From: Candidatus Latescibacterota bacterium
Lineage (GTDB): Bacteria > Latescibacterota > CBDEFO01
Direction: 5' to 3'
Assembly (NCBI GenBank): GCA_965237525.1
Contig: CBDEFO010000004.1
Coordinates: 32,001 to 96,000, forward strand
DNA length: 64,000 nucleotides
The notes below the pieces were generated by a model that made no database searches, was not told the DNA's origin, and was given only the letters and a program-made list of their open reading frames with translations. The position numbers and the translations under genes were made by a program. Positions 40,835 through 51,594 of the stretch are shown here, piece by piece. Within the stretch, counting starts at the first letter, position 1. Every line of letters starts with the position of its first letter.

Positions 40835-42003
40835 CGGTGTCTCGTATGCTGCAAGGGCTTTTAATACAACACGCAAGAGCATAAGAAAATGGCTGAAACG
40901 TTATCTTGAAGACCGATCCTTGAAGAGTCTAGAAAATCATACGAAATCACCGATAAACCCTCACTGTTTGTTACCGGAGGAGATCAGAAAGCTCATCGTA
41001 AAGTTCCGACAGACCCATCCTTCTTTGGGATATCCGTATCTATTGGGCTTTCTGCAAAAACAAAATGTTCCAACTGACCAAATCCCCTCCAAGCCGACTG
41101 CCTATGCTATCTGGAAAAAACACAATCTCATAAAGAAACGCAGGCGAAAATGGAGGAGAAAGAAACTTGTCTGCCAGTGGAAAAAGAAACTACGCCCCTT
41201 TGAATATATCCAGATCGATGTCAAACATCTGTGCGATATCCCCAACTACCTGAAACAACATTACAAGACAGGTGCCCAACTCCCTATGTTTGAGTATACT
41301 GCCAGAGATATCAAGACAGGCGGTCTCTTCGTAAGCCTGGCAGACGAACAGAGCCTGATCAACTCCTGCATCTTCGCCGAAGCATTACTCCAACACCTGG
41401 AAGACCACAAGGTCTATCCACGAAAGATCCAGACCGACAACGGAACAGAATTCGTCAATACAAAAGATGCCCTCAAAAAGACCCTCTTTAGCGACCTCAT
41501 CCAACAAAGCGGCATAGCACATAAACGCATCCCACCAGGGGCTACCACATACCAATCCGATGTAGAACGCGCCCACGGCCTAATCGAATATGAATTCTAC
41601 GACACCCTCAAGATTACCAACCGTGCCAACCTCTGCCGGAAACTCCAAACCTATCAATGGTTGTTCAATACCCAAAGACATAATAGCTATAAAGACTTCA
41701 AAACCCCCTTACAAATAACCACCCAACACCAACCCACAGAAAACCTCAATCCTCAACTTTTTGACTTCCCTGTCTTGATTCTCGACTCTCTTCTCTCTAT
41801 CTTTATCAAAGGTGGATACCATGTGCCTTTACCCGACACGTTTTTTGAGAGCAAAGAGAGCAATTTACGTATAGGGTAAAAAAGGTTGGGCAAGATTGTA
41901 AAGACCCAAATAGAACAGCTAACCGGAATAATTCACAAAAAAAGGCTGTGTATTAATTAAGGGATTGTATTATATTATAGTTATGACGTTTAACCGCCTT
42001 CGG

Positions 42004-42340
42004 TGTCATTGCGAGCCGGAGGCGAAGCAATCTCGATGCTGTGGTAGATGTAATACTCTCGGGCTCTCATAGGAGACCACTATAAAACCTTGAGATTGCT
42101 TCCCCGATAGACTCAATCGGGGACCGCTTTGCTCCTCGCGATGACTCCACCAAGTTTATGAACTAATCGGGCTAAGAATGTCTGTGCTACGAAACACATA
42201 TAAAAAGGGAGGTCAGACATTCCTGTCTGACCATTGCCTCCTAAGTATGGTGCACCTGTCTAGTGACTGCCAGATTGCTTCGCCCACTTCGTGGCTGGCT
42301 GCCACCCCCGCAAAGCGGCCACGCCGCCTCGCAATGACGC
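42004..42340. repeat. cluster of REP-like hairpins with the short palindrome at 42101-42123
   Basis: GTCATTGCGAG...GAAGCAATCTC, GAGATTGCT...CTCGCGATGAC, GGTCAGACATTCCTGTCTGACC. Confidence 0.8.
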
Positions 42341-42390
42341 ATTAGGGTGAAGGCGGTGCTCCGCTTACTATCCACTTATTCAGTTTACGC

Positions 42391-43731
42391 TTATTTCAAG
42401 AGCGATTTTGCTATCTTTAGAACCTTATCCAGCACTTGTGATGGATTTTTCCCCAGTATCCTGACCATCGGCTCTTTTCCCCAGCCGCCTTGGTCGTAAA
42501 TCGCGTCCAGGACCTTTCCGCTTTGTTCTATAGCCCTTTCCACACCCCAAGCCAATGATGAACCCTCTAAATCTTTGATATCCTCTGGCTCTTCCCTACG
42601 ATCGAAGCTCCCGATCTCAAATCCCAGGTCCGCACAGCGCTCTACTATCTCCGGTGAATATCTGATGTTCATAGCTGATCTCACAGAAGGATCGTATCTC
42701 ATCGCCGTCAGGATAATCCTTGAGATATGGTGTGAGATTCCGAACTGGGGGTCAAAGACATAAGAGATCAGATCTTTGTGTCTGATCAACCTCCCCGGAA
42801 AGGACGCTACATCCTCCGGGCCTTCGGCAAAAGGCAGGGCCCCTCCTAAATTAGATTGCACCTCCGGCATCAGATGCGCTGCGTTACCTTCTTTGAGCCT
42901 TTGGGCTGCTTCCTTCAGATCCTGGACTACACTATACCTTTCCATTTCTCTTCCCAAAGGGGCGTAGTGATTGGTGGGGCCGCGTCCTTTTCCTATATCC
43001 AGTGAAAATCTGATAGCCGAAGTTACAAACTTTTTGGCCTTGTTGATAGCTTCCTTCAGAGGAATATCCTGCGCCAGGAACGTCGCTATGGCCGCCGAAT
43101 AAGTGCATCCTGTGCCGTGCGTGTTCTTAGTATCTATTCTTTCTGACTCAAATCTATAGAGCCCATCTCCATCGAACAGGATGTCCACTGCCGGGCCATG
43201 TAAATGCCCTCCCTTTATCAGGATATTTCTGGCTCCCCTGTTGTATATCCTCTTAGCCGCTTCCTCCATATCTTTCGTATCTTTAATATGGATGCCGGAG
43301 AGCACGCAAGCTTCAGGTATGTTGGGTGTGACAAGGAAAGATCGGGGTATCAGCTCATCTGAGAGTGCCTTTTCTGCTCCCTCGGTTAAGAGACTGCTGT
43401 TGTCCTTTGCCACCATCACAGGGTCCACGACCACGTTCGGGATTTGATGCTCTTTGATCTTTTGTGATACAAGCTTAATGACATCCCGATTAGCCATCAT
43501 CCCGGTCTTTGCCGCGTCAGTCCCTATGTCCAGAACCACGGAATCTATCTGCTGTGCCACAAAATCTGGGGAAACCTCGTATATCCCCTGAACGCCTGAG
43601 GTATTTTGAGCGGTAAGTGCCGTCACTGCGCTCGTGCCGAATGCGCCCAAGACGGTTATTGTCTTTAAATCGGCCTGTATACCTGCGCCTCCGCCAGAAT
43701 CCGATCCTGCGATGGTGAGCACTTTCTTAAT
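42391..43731 (-). CDS. thiD: HMP/HMP-P kinase fused to ThiN-type thiamine-phosphate synthase domain
   Basis: LTIAGSDSGGGAGIQAD, HGTGC; C-terminal PEVQSN...SAMNIRY...GWGKEPM. Confidence 0.93.
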   Translation of the reverse strand: MKKVLTIAGSDSGGGAGIQADLKTITVLGAFGTSAVTALTAQNTSGVQGIYEVSPDFVAQQIDSVVLDIGTDAAKTGMMANRDVIKLVSQKIKEHQIPNVVVDPVMVAKDNSSLLTEGAEKALSDELIPRSFLVTPNIPEACVLSGIHIKDTKDMEEAAKRIYNRGARNILIKGGHLHGPAVDILFDGDGLYRFESERIDTKNTHGTGCTYSAAIATFLAQDIPLKEAINKAKKFVTSAIRFSLDIGKGRGPTNHYAPLGREMERYSVVQDLKEAAQRLKEGNAAHLMPEVQSNLGGALPFAEGPEDVASFPGRLIRHKDLISYVFDPQFGISHHISRIILTAMRYDPSVRSAMNIRYSPEIVERCADLGFEIGSFDRREEPEDIKDLEGSSLAWGVERAIEQSGKVLDAIYDQGGWGKEPMVRILGKNPSQVLDKVLKIAKSLLK

Positions 43732-43740
43732 AGAATTCCC

Positions 43741-43917
43741 CTAACCGACCTTGAAGAACCTGTCCCTAGATCCCCCATATTCTACTATCTTTATCTCCAC
43801 AGGCTTGTAGCACTTTGGGCAATTTCCAGTATAGGCCGTCTTGGAGTCGTTGATGTAGGCCCTTCCATAGACCTTGCAGCACTCAAATACAATACCTAAG
43901 AAATCCCTTTTCTTCAT
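43741..43917 (-). CDS. small Cys-rich conserved hypothetical protein
   Basis: FLGIVFECCKVY...AYTGNCPKC...RFF. Confidence 0.7.
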   Translation of the reverse strand: MKKRDFLGIVFECCKVYGRAYINDSKTAYTGNCPKCYKPVEIKIVEYGGSRDRFFKVG

Positions 43918-44065
43918 AGATCTTACCTTCATCTGGTCCGGCACGATGCGGAAGACTCCTTTTCCCCCAAGAAAGTTCTTCGACCACTTCGACAATTGGT
44001 GCCCTCCGCAAAAAGGGCTGGCAGCAGCGCACGCAGCGCCCACGCCGCCTTTTTGATGTCCCGAA

Positions 44066-45565
44066 TCACGAAATTCCAAAACTTTTGATCTTTCTATACA
44101 GCGTTCTTTCTCCTATACCCAAGATTTGTGCAGCTTTCCTTCGATTTCCACCTACAGATCTCAGCACCTTGATAATATGCTCTTTTTCTATCTCACCGAG
44201 AGACTTTACGTTCTCTTTCTCCGCTATTTCCTCAGCCCTTTCTACCGTGCTATCCTCCGTAAAATAGGTATCTTGTGGAGTGTAGATAGCCGAATCTTCC
44301 AGGCTTCTTCTTTTGTCCGATGTAACGTATCTTTTGAGCTCATCTATATCGGATTTTAAGCCTACAATGGCTCTGTAGATCAGTTCTCTCTCCGATTGCT
44401 CGGGCGTCTTGTTGAGAGGGATCGGTAGATTTCTGTCCGAGGCTATGTCTCGGTTTAAATGGCCATATACGTCGTCAGCAGTTATGTACAGATCCTGTGA
44501 AAGTACCATCATACTTTCGATAGTGTGCTTCAACTCTCTTATATTCCCAGGCCACGAGTAATTTGTCAAGACGTCTACAGCCTCATCTGAGATACCTTTA
44601 AAATCTATTTTGTTTTCTTCAGCGTAGTTTTTGATAAAGTAATGTGCCAAAAGGGGAATGTCCTCCACTCTTTCTCTCAAAGGAGGCATCCTTATTTCCA
44701 CTACCCTTAATCTGTAGAAAAGGTCTCTCCTGAACTCTCCTTGTGCTACCCTCTCCCGTAAGTTCTTATTCGTGGCGGTTATCGTTCTTGCATCTACTCT
44801 TATAGGCAAGTCTCCGCCCACCTTTATAAACTCCTTTTCGTCCAGAACGTGCAGGAGTTTGACCTGCATCATTAAGGACATCTCTCCGATCTCATCCAGG
44901 AATATCGTCCCTTGGTCTGCGGCTTCGAAGTAGCCCTTCCTTTGAGACAGGGCCCCGGTAAATGCTCCCTTTTCGTGGCCAAAAAGTTCGCTTTCTAACA
45001 GATTTTCAGGTATAGCCCCGCAGTTAACATGGAGGAATCGTCCCTTTCTGCCGCTGTAATGGTGAATTGATATTGCTGCAAGGTCTTTGCCCGTTCCGCT
45101 TTCGCCCGAAATCAATACGTTCACATTTGTGCGGGCTATCTGAACGATGGTTTCAATTATCTCACTTATCAGCTCGGACTTTCCTAATATGGGACATTCA
45201 TCCAGAAATCTTTTTCTGCTGATTGTCTTCTCTACTATCTCCCGGAGTTTGTCACCGTCTATCGGCTTTTCCAAAAAATCGTCCGCGTCCACGTTCACAG
45301 AGCCGTTCTGCATCAGGGCCAGAACAAAAATAGGACGATCGTTCTGGCCCTTTTGAGGAGAAAATTGCGCCATTTCCTCGTTTGGAAGGGACGAATCGAC
45401 TACAACCATATCCGCCTTGCCTCGCTTTACGAGTCCGAGCCCCACATTGGCGTTATCTACTGCTATGACCTCGTGGCCGTCCTCCCCAAGCGTTGATGAA
45501 ATTGACCTTTTTACCTGGTCGTCATCCGTCACTACTAAAACTTTAAATCTGTTTTCAACTGCCAT
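44066..45565 (-). CDS. sigma54-dependent NtrC-family transcriptional regulator
   Basis: receiver-like N-terminus; GESGTGK, ELFGHEKGAFTGA, WPGNIREL, Fis HTH. Confidence 0.93.
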   Translation of the reverse strand: MAVENRFKVLVVTDDDQVKRSISSTLGEDGHEVIAVDNANVGLGLVKRGKADMVVVDSSLPNEEMAQFSPQKGQNDRPIFVLALMQNGSVNVDADDFLEKPIDGDKLREIVEKTISRKRFLDECPILGKSELISEIIETIVQIARTNVNVLISGESGTGKDLAAISIHHYSGRKGRFLHVNCGAIPENLLESELFGHEKGAFTGALSQRKGYFEAADQGTIFLDEIGEMSLMMQVKLLHVLDEKEFIKVGGDLPIRVDARTITATNKNLRERVAQGEFRRDLFYRLRVVEIRMPPLRERVEDIPLLAHYFIKNYAEENKIDFKGISDEAVDVLTNYSWPGNIRELKHTIESMMVLSQDLYITADDVYGHLNRDIASDRNLPIPLNKTPEQSERELIYRAIVGLKSDIDELKRYVTSDKRRSLEDSAIYTPQDTYFTEDSTVERAEEIAEKENVKSLGEIEKEHIIKVLRSVGGNRRKAAQILGIGERTLYRKIKSFGIS

Positions 45566-45584
45566 ATCCACAAGACTTCTCAAG

Positions 45585-46265
45585 TTAAATAGCTATATCT
45601 TCCTTTGATTCTCTCTTTTTAAGTATTATTACGTTCTTCCCTTCAGTTGAGATGAAGCCCTGATGTTCTAATCTCTTGAGGACTCTGGAGACTGTCTCCC
45701 GCGTCGTTGCTGACATATTTGCCAGCACCTGATGGGTTGGACGGTTCTGTATCATTATGCCATCTTCGACGCTAACTCCGTGCTCCTGAGCCAACTGCTG
45801 CAGCGTTCCGGCAACTCGTCACGTTACGTCTAAGAGCGCCAACCCCTCTATCTTTTGATCTGCTTTCCTCAAACGAGAGGCAAGAATAGCCATCACCTGG
45901 GCTGCAATACGGGGGATCCTTTCAATCAGTCGGATGAAATCCCCGCGCCTTAAAATCAAAAGTTCACTTTCCTCTATAGCCACTACAGTGGCTGATCGCG
46001 GCCTGCCGTCTAAAAGAGACATCTCACCGAAGAAATCCCCCTTGCTGAGTATGTCCAGTATGGGCTCTTTTCCATCTTCGCTTAAGATCGTCACCTTGAC
46101 CCTCCCCTTGTCTATAATAAACAGTGTATCCCCTTCCTCCTCAGCTAGCAGGATTACAGTGTTCTTGGGGAAGGTCTTGTAGAGAGCTACACTGGCTAAT
46201 GCCTCCAATTCATCCTCTTTTAGCTCCTGAAAAAGCGGGACATGCTTGAGCAGATTAGGTTCCAT
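45585..46265 (-). pseudogene. Crp/Fnr regulator split by an in-frame TGA at 45819-45821
   Basis: FGEMSLLDGRPRSAT...DVT*RVAG...TRETVSRVL in one frame. Confidence 0.88.
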
Positions 46266-46293
46266 ATAGAGGTCACTCCTATGCAGTGTAAGG

Positions 46294-46878
46294 TTATACG
46301 TTGACTTTTGGCCCTATGATCTCATCAATTAGTCCGTATTCTACCGCCTCTTCTGCTGACACGTAGAAGTTCCTGTCTGTATCTGCATCAATCTTATCCT
46401 TAGGTTGCCCAGTATGCTTCACAAAGATCTGATTTATCTCGTCTCTTAATTTTATTATCTCCTTAGCTTCGATCTCGATGTCCGAGGCGGGACTGGTAAC
46501 CCTGCCCATAATGAGGGGTTGGTGTATCATCATCCTCGAATGAGGCCAAGCGTACCGTTTTCCAGAAGTTCCGGCTGCCAGCAGCACCGCTCCCATACTC
46601 ATAGCTATGCCCATACATATTGTAGATATATCTGGCTCTATGTTCTGCATCGCGTCGTATATTGCCAACCCTGAGGATATGCTCCCTCCTGGGCTGTTGA
46701 TGTACACAGAAATATCCTTGGCGGAATCTTCAGATTCCAAAAACAAAAGCTTTCCAACCACATCCTTGGATATCTCGTCGTCAATAGGGCCCCACAGAAA
46801 TATTCTCCTTGTCTTTAGGAACTTGGACATTACGTCGTGTTCCCGGATTATCTCCACTAAATTTCTATCTTCCTCCAT
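46294..46878 (-). CDS. clpP: ATP-dependent Clp protease proteolytic subunit
   Basis: YINSPGG, AMSMGA, MIHQP, EYGLID. Confidence 0.95.
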   Translation of the reverse strand: MEEDRNLVEIIREHDVMSKFLKTRRIFLWGPIDDEISKDVVGKLLFLESEDSAKDISVYINSPGGSISSGLAIYDAMQNIEPDISTICMGIAMSMGAVLLAAGTSGKRYAWPHSRMMIHQPLIMGRVTSPASDIEIEAKEIIKLRDEINQIFVKHTGQPKDKIDADTDRNFYVSAEEAVEYGLIDEIIGPKVNV

Positions 46879-46925
46879 ATCTTGAATTTACCTCCTTTAT
46901 TGCGTGCTTTGCAATATTAACTTTA

Positions 46926-47621
46926 TCAGCCATGTTGCACAGATTTTGCATTATATTGCGCTAAAGAGAAATAAAAGATGGTGCTTACCACAGCTTCAAG
47001 AGGAGTCAGAAACGTGTGTGCTATAACGACACCTGTCCCCCACCTTTCTGCTGTAGGGAAGATGAGCTTTACAAAATGATCAGTAAGAAGATTAATTGTA
47101 ACCACTGTGCACAGCATCGCAAGTCCCATCCAGAAGGCCCTCCACCAATTGCCTTTTATAATTTCTCTGCTCTTTTGGAGCGCTTTTAGATATGATTCTC
47201 CCTCTATTACCACAACCTGATTTATAAAGAAAAACCACACGCCCAAGATAATCCCGGGCACTATCAAGAGTATAAGTCCCGCCAGTATGAACGATCCCGC
47301 CAAGAGCCAAGTTAAAAGGAGCCTCAAGAAGAGCCGCAGTGAGAAGGTCCCGAAGGCATCAGCTATTGTCGCTTCTTTTCCTGAATAGACCCGCCATACA
47401 AAGCCTATAAATACAAGTGAACTTAAAACCTCAATAGGAGCCTGCCACAGTCCTGGAGGTGAATCCTCTGTCCTAAAGAGATTAACTATAATAAAACAGG
47501 GTAGATAGATCAGGACCGAAATGGTCATCAGCTGGGGAAAATACTCATTATAGAACCCCAGGCTCTGTCTTAAGAGGTCTCTGTACAACGTAAGATAGTC
47601 GTCTATTGTGCCGCTGGACAT
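46926..47621 (-). CDS. multi-pass membrane protein
   Basis: about 5-6 TM helices; LLIVPGI...ALQKSREIIKGNWW motif. Confidence 0.75.
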   Translation of the reverse strand: MSSGTIDDYLTLYRDLLRQSLGFYNEYFPQLMTISVLIYLPCFIIVNLFRTEDSPPGLWQAPIEVLSSLVFIGFVWRVYSGKEATIADAFGTFSLRLFLRLLLTWLLAGSFILAGLILLIVPGIILGVWFFFINQVVVIEGESYLKALQKSREIIKGNWWRAFWMGLAMLCTVVTINLLTDHFVKLIFPTAERWGTGVVIAHTFLTPLEAVVSTIFYFSLAQYNAKSVQHG

Positions 47622-47694
47622 ATCGGAAATTTAGCAGCTTGAATCTAAAAAAACGGCATCTCTATTATCAAGATAAACCTTTATTATTTTCGGG

Positions 47695-48087
47695 TCAAGC
47701 CTTTTCTTTCCCGGCGTCTTGGCCGCTCTTGACAAGCAGCCAATTATTCCCCGGTGACCAGTCCATCTTTATAAGCCTGAACAAGCCTTTCAACTTGCCG
47801 CCGTTTAGCTCAAACAAAACGGACTCCAGGCTCCTTTCTTTCAACACATAGCTCCCCTTGTCCCATATCTCCACTTTTCCTGCGCCGTACTCTCCCTCTT
47901 CGATGGTCCCCTCAAAGTCGATGTAGTCCAGATCGTGGTCCTCCACTTCTATCGCCAATCTCTTGACGCCTTTCTTGTCGGTGGGTTCCTTAGGTACAGC
48001 CCAGGATTTGAGAACGCCGTCCATTTCGAGTCTGAAATCGTAGTGAAGATTCCTGGCGCTGTGCTTTTGTATGACGAATCTTGCCAT
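47695..48087 (-). CDS. stand-alone LigD 3'-phosphoesterase domain protein
   Basis: FVIQKHSARNLHYDFRLE..GVLKSWAVPK...EDH...YGAG. Confidence 0.92.
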   Translation of the reverse strand: MARFVIQKHSARNLHYDFRLEMDGVLKSWAVPKEPTDKKGVKRLAIEVEDHDLDYIDFEGTIEEGEYGAGKVEIWDKGSYVLKERSLESVLFELNGGKLKGLFRLIKMDWSPGNNWLLVKSGQDAGKEKA

Positions 48088-48232
48088 TAACCTAACCCCT
48101 TTGTATTTCCATAACAAAAGATAACAGACGTTACGAATAGAAGCAAGGAAAAAGGGACTCTTAGACCTTATACTCACTCTGAAAAGCTTAGATTACAGAC
48201 TCTTAGAAGGACTTAGCTTTGAAGGTAAAACC

Positions 48233-48261
48233 TTGACAAAATGAGAATATGACCTTATTAT
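48233..48261 (+). promoter_or_regulatory. sigma70-type promoter upstream of the clpX-like gene
   Basis: TTGACA-17 nt-TATTAT. Confidence 0.65.
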
Positions 48262-48307
48262 TAGTATTGAGAAGTTTGACGCCTATATAATCAAAAGGAT
48301 TTTGACT

Positions 48308-49828
48308 ATGCAAAACAGAATACCCAACCCCGCAGAGCTTCAAGAGGAACTCAAAGAGTTCCTCTCGCAAAAATACGGTCAGGAGGTAAATGTTGTAATC
48401 CCTGAAGGACAGACCGCAGGTTCTCAGGAGGGACAACAGACGACGGAGGAAAGACCTGCTCAAATCGACTTCGATCTGAAACCTGAGGAATTAGAAGAAT
48501 ATCTGAACCGCTTCCTTATCAAACAGCTGGATGCAAAGGAGATACTTGCAACCAAGATCTGCACGCACTTCCACAGGATGAAGCTAGAAAACAAGGAGCA
48601 GGGGACTTCCGTCGGAGATATAAAGAACAATATCATAATGATAGGCCCCACAGGCGTCGGGAAGACCTATGTCATAAAGCTTATAGCTCAAAAAATTGGT
48701 GTTCCTTTCGTCAAGGGAGATGCCACTAAGTTCAGTGAGACGGGATACGTGGGAGGAGACGTTGAGGATCTGGTACGAGATCTTGTGACCGAAGCCAAGG
48801 GAGATATAGAGCTTGCCCAATATGGGATAATCTACATAGACGAGATAGACAAAATAGCCACCGCCGGCACTATCGTGGGACCCGACGTCTCCAGGACAGG
48901 CGTTCAGCGCAACCTCTTGAAACTTATGGAGGAGACGGAGGTGGATCTTAAAGCGCCACACGATATGACGGCGCAGATGGAATCGATGATGCAGTTCCAA
49001 AGGACAGGAAAAGTGGAAAGAAAGAAAATAAACACCCGAAACATCCTGTTCATTGTAAGCGGAGCTTTTACAGGTTTGGAGGACATAATAGGGAAGAGGA
49101 TCAACAAAAAGCCTGTGGGATTCACCGCGGATGCTCATACAAAAAAGAAGGATGATAACACAGAGGACCTCAAGCAGGTAAAATCAGAGGATCTCATAAA
49201 CTACGGGTTTGAATCCGAATTCATCGGAAGACTGCCTATGGTGGCAGTTCTGGAGCATTTAGGAGAGGACGACCTCTACCAGATTCTGAAAAACCCCAAT
49301 AGTCCAGTGATACTGGGCAAAAAGATGGACTTCAAAGCCTACGGTATAGAGATAGAGTTCGACGATGAAGCCCTTAGGAGCATAGCTAAGAAGGCCATAA
49401 AGGAAAAGACCGGAGCCAGGGGACTGGTCAGCGTCTGCGAAAGGGCACTGCTGAAATTTGAAAAGAGATTTCCCTCAACTGACGTAAAGTATCTTAGGGT
49501 AACAAAGGAGATAGTGAAAGACCCGGACGTCGAGATTGAAAAGCTCCTCAACTTTGACTCTATAAGAAAATACAAAGACGACTTTTCCAGAGAGAACAAC
49601 ATAGAGATAGATTTCTCAAAGGCGGCGATAGGGACTATACTTCAGAAGGCCAGGGAGATCGGCACAGATGCCAGGACGTTATGTTCGGATATGCTCGCCG
49701 ATTACGGTCACGGACTCAAGCTTATGGATGTGGACAAATTTACAGTTACACCAGAGGTCGTAACGGACCCTAAAGCGTATATGGATAATCTGATAAAGGA
49801 ATTTTACAGTAACAGTAAAGACAAGTAA
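48308..49828 (+). CDS. clpX: ClpX-like AAA+ ATPase lacking the N-terminal zinc finger
   Basis: GPTGVGKT, ETGYVGGDVE, IDEIDK, PVGF loop, TGARGL. Confidence 0.8.
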   Translation: MQNRIPNPAELQEELKEFLSQKYGQEVNVVIPEGQTAGSQEGQQTTEERPAQIDFDLKPEELEEYLNRFLIKQLDAKEILATKICTHFHRMKLENKEQGTSVGDIKNNIIMIGPTGVGKTYVIKLIAQKIGVPFVKGDATKFSETGYVGGDVEDLVRDLVTEAKGDIELAQYGIIYIDEIDKIATAGTIVGPDVSRTGVQRNLLKLMEETEVDLKAPHDMTAQMESMMQFQRTGKVERKKINTRNILFIVSGAFTGLEDIIGKRINKKPVGFTADAHTKKKDDNTEDLKQVKSEDLINYGFESEFIGRLPMVAVLEHLGEDDLYQILKNPNSPVILGKKMDFKAYGIEIEFDDEALRSIAKKAIKEKTGARGLVSVCERALLKFEKRFPSTDVKYLRVTKEIVKDPDVEIEKLLNFDSIRKYKDDFSRENNIEIDFSKAAIGTILQKAREIGTDARTLCSDMLADYGHGLKLMDVDKFTVTPEVVTDPKAYMDNLIKEFYSNSKDK

Positions 49829-49865
49829 GTAGTAATAGAGTTTGAGCCTACAACTTAGCGAGGTG

Positions 49866-51008
49866 ATGATAGACCACAGGGAAGACTTTCAATACGAAAT
49901 TATAGCAGTGGATAAGGACACAAAAGCCCGAGCCGGGATATTAAGGACGCTTAATGGCGAGGTGCCCACACCCGTCTTTATGCCTGTGGGCACTCAGGCG
50001 ACGGTCAAGACTATGTCTCAAGGAGAACTTGAGGATATGGGCGCACAAATAATCCTGTGCAATACATATCACCTATATCTCAGACCTGGCCACGAGCTTA
50101 TCGAAAAAGCAGGAGGGCTCCACAAGTTCATAAGCTGGGACCGTTCTATCCTGACCGACAGCGGGGGCTATCAGGTCTTCAGCCTCGCCGATCTGAACAA
50201 AGTAACCGAAGAAGGAGTGTCATTTCAGTCGCACTTCGACGGCTCATACCATCTTTTGACGCCTGAACGTGCAGTGGAGATACAGCACGCTTTAGGTGCG
50301 GATATAATCATGGTGTTCGACGAGTGCACGTCCTATCCCTGCTCTTACGAGCACGCTAAGGGATCGTCGGAAATGACCTTAAGGTGGGCCCAGCGATCTA
50401 TTAATAGGCATAGGGCTCTTTTGGAGGAATCTGGGAAGAGGCAGGCTCTCTTCGGGATAGTTCAGGGCAGTGTCTATCCAGATCTGAGAGTAAAGAGCGC
50501 AGAGCGCCTGATGGAATTGGACCTGCCCGGGTACGCAATAGGAGGACTTGCAGTCGGCGAGCCGAAATCCAAATTGTGGGAGATAGTAGATTGCACAGCC
50601 GAGTTATTACCCGCGGACAGACCCCGATACCTTATGGGTGTCGGTCACCCTGACGATCTGGTAGAGGGTGTCGCAAGGGGAGTGGACATGTTCGACTGTG
50701 TGATTCCGTCTAGGAATGCGCGCAACGGCACGATATTCACTCGGAAGGGCAAGATGGTGCTCAAAAATGCCCAGTACGCCCACGACTTTTCTCCAATAGA
50801 CCCACAATGTCCCTGTGCCACCTGCCGCCGCTACTGTCGCGCTTATATCCGCCATCTGTTCCAGACAGGGGAGATACTCGCGCTGAGGCTTGCCACATTT
50901 CACAGCCTCTATTTTTTCCTGGAGACGATGCGTCAGATGCGCCAGTCCATAATAGAAGGAAAATTTTCTGAGTGGAGAGCCGAATTTTACTCGGAATATG
51001 AGGGGTAG
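49866..51008 (+). CDS. tgt: queuine tRNA-ribosyltransferase
   Basis: [28 protein letters not shown]. Confidence 0.97.
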   Translation: MIDHREDFQYEIIAVDKDTKARAGILRTLNGEVPTPVFMPVGTQATVKTMSQGELEDMGAQIILCNTYHLYLRPGHELIEKAGGLHKFISWDRSILTDSGGYQVFSLADLNKVTEEGVSFQSHFDGSYHLLTPERAVEIQHALGADIIMVFDECTSYPCSYEHAKGSSEMTLRWAQRSINRHRALLEESGKRQALFGIVQGSVYPDLRVKSAERLMELDLPGYAIGGLAVGEPKSKLWEIVDCTAELLPADRPRYLMGVGHPDDLVEGVARGVDMFDCVIPSRNARNGTIFTRKGKMVLKNAQYAHDFSPIDPQCPCATCRRYCRAYIRHLFQTGEILALRLATFHSLYFFLETMRQMRQSIIEGKFSEWRAEFYSEYEG

Positions 51009-51271
51009 AGTTCTGGATAGAGTACCCAAATTAGTAGACAGTTAACCACATACAAGATAAAGGGTGCAAGATCGCCTCTACGAGTTCAGGGGAGGGCACT
51101 TGGCTGTGCTTTGATGTCAACACCTCATGCACCCTAAGAAAGAGCCCAGGGGCTGAGCAACCCAGTCCGTAGTACAGTTTCTGAGCAGACACGCGGGTCT
51201 GCCAGACAATGCGGGACGAATTTGGAATTCCAGTTGACAGTGCCAACCAAAATTAAAGTCAGGGGGTTCGC

Positions 51272-51583
51272 TTGATTGACCAAGTCTACGCAATGACGCC
51301 ACCGGGAGGAGAATCCGGTGGAGCGGGAATACTCACCTTTCTTCCTCTAATAGTTATCTTTCTGATCTTCTACTTCCTTATCATACGTCCTCAGCACAGA
51401 AAGCAAAAAGAACATCAGGAGCTTATTAGGAACTTGAGAAAAGGGGACAAGGTCGTAACTACAGGAGGCATACACGGTTCCATAGTCGGAATCAATGAGA
51501 AAGATGATATCTTAGTTCTGAGGATAGCCGATAATGTGAAAGTAGAGGTCTCACGATCGGCGGTATCAAAACTTAAAGAATAG
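51272..51583 (+). CDS. yajC: preprotein translocase subunit
   Basis: FYFLIIRPQ...GDKVVTTGGIHG. Confidence 0.95.
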   Translation: MIDQVYAMTPPGGESGGAGILTFLPLIVIFLIFYFLIIRPQHRKQKEHQELIRNLRKGDKVVTTGGIHGSIVGINEKDDILVLRIADNVKVEVSRSAVSKLKE

Positions 51584-51594
51584 ACAGTCCGAAT

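Larger units (their letters stand above)
37850..41838 (+). mobile_element. IS481-like element interrupted by IS1182 copy 4 and IS3 copy 3
   Basis: TIR core TAAAG(A/G)CACATGGTATCCACC; 15-bp direct repeat CGTTTTTTGAGAGCA; transposase 39459..39554 + 40839..41879 (QIDVK, QTDNGTEF, VERAH). Confidence 0.85.

Noticed and set aside
45819..45821. TGA where Gly is expected in crp, suggesting TGA recoding
   Set aside because: TGA is an ordinary stop for other genes here, and other lesions are TAG, TAA or frameshifts; a point mutation is simpler.
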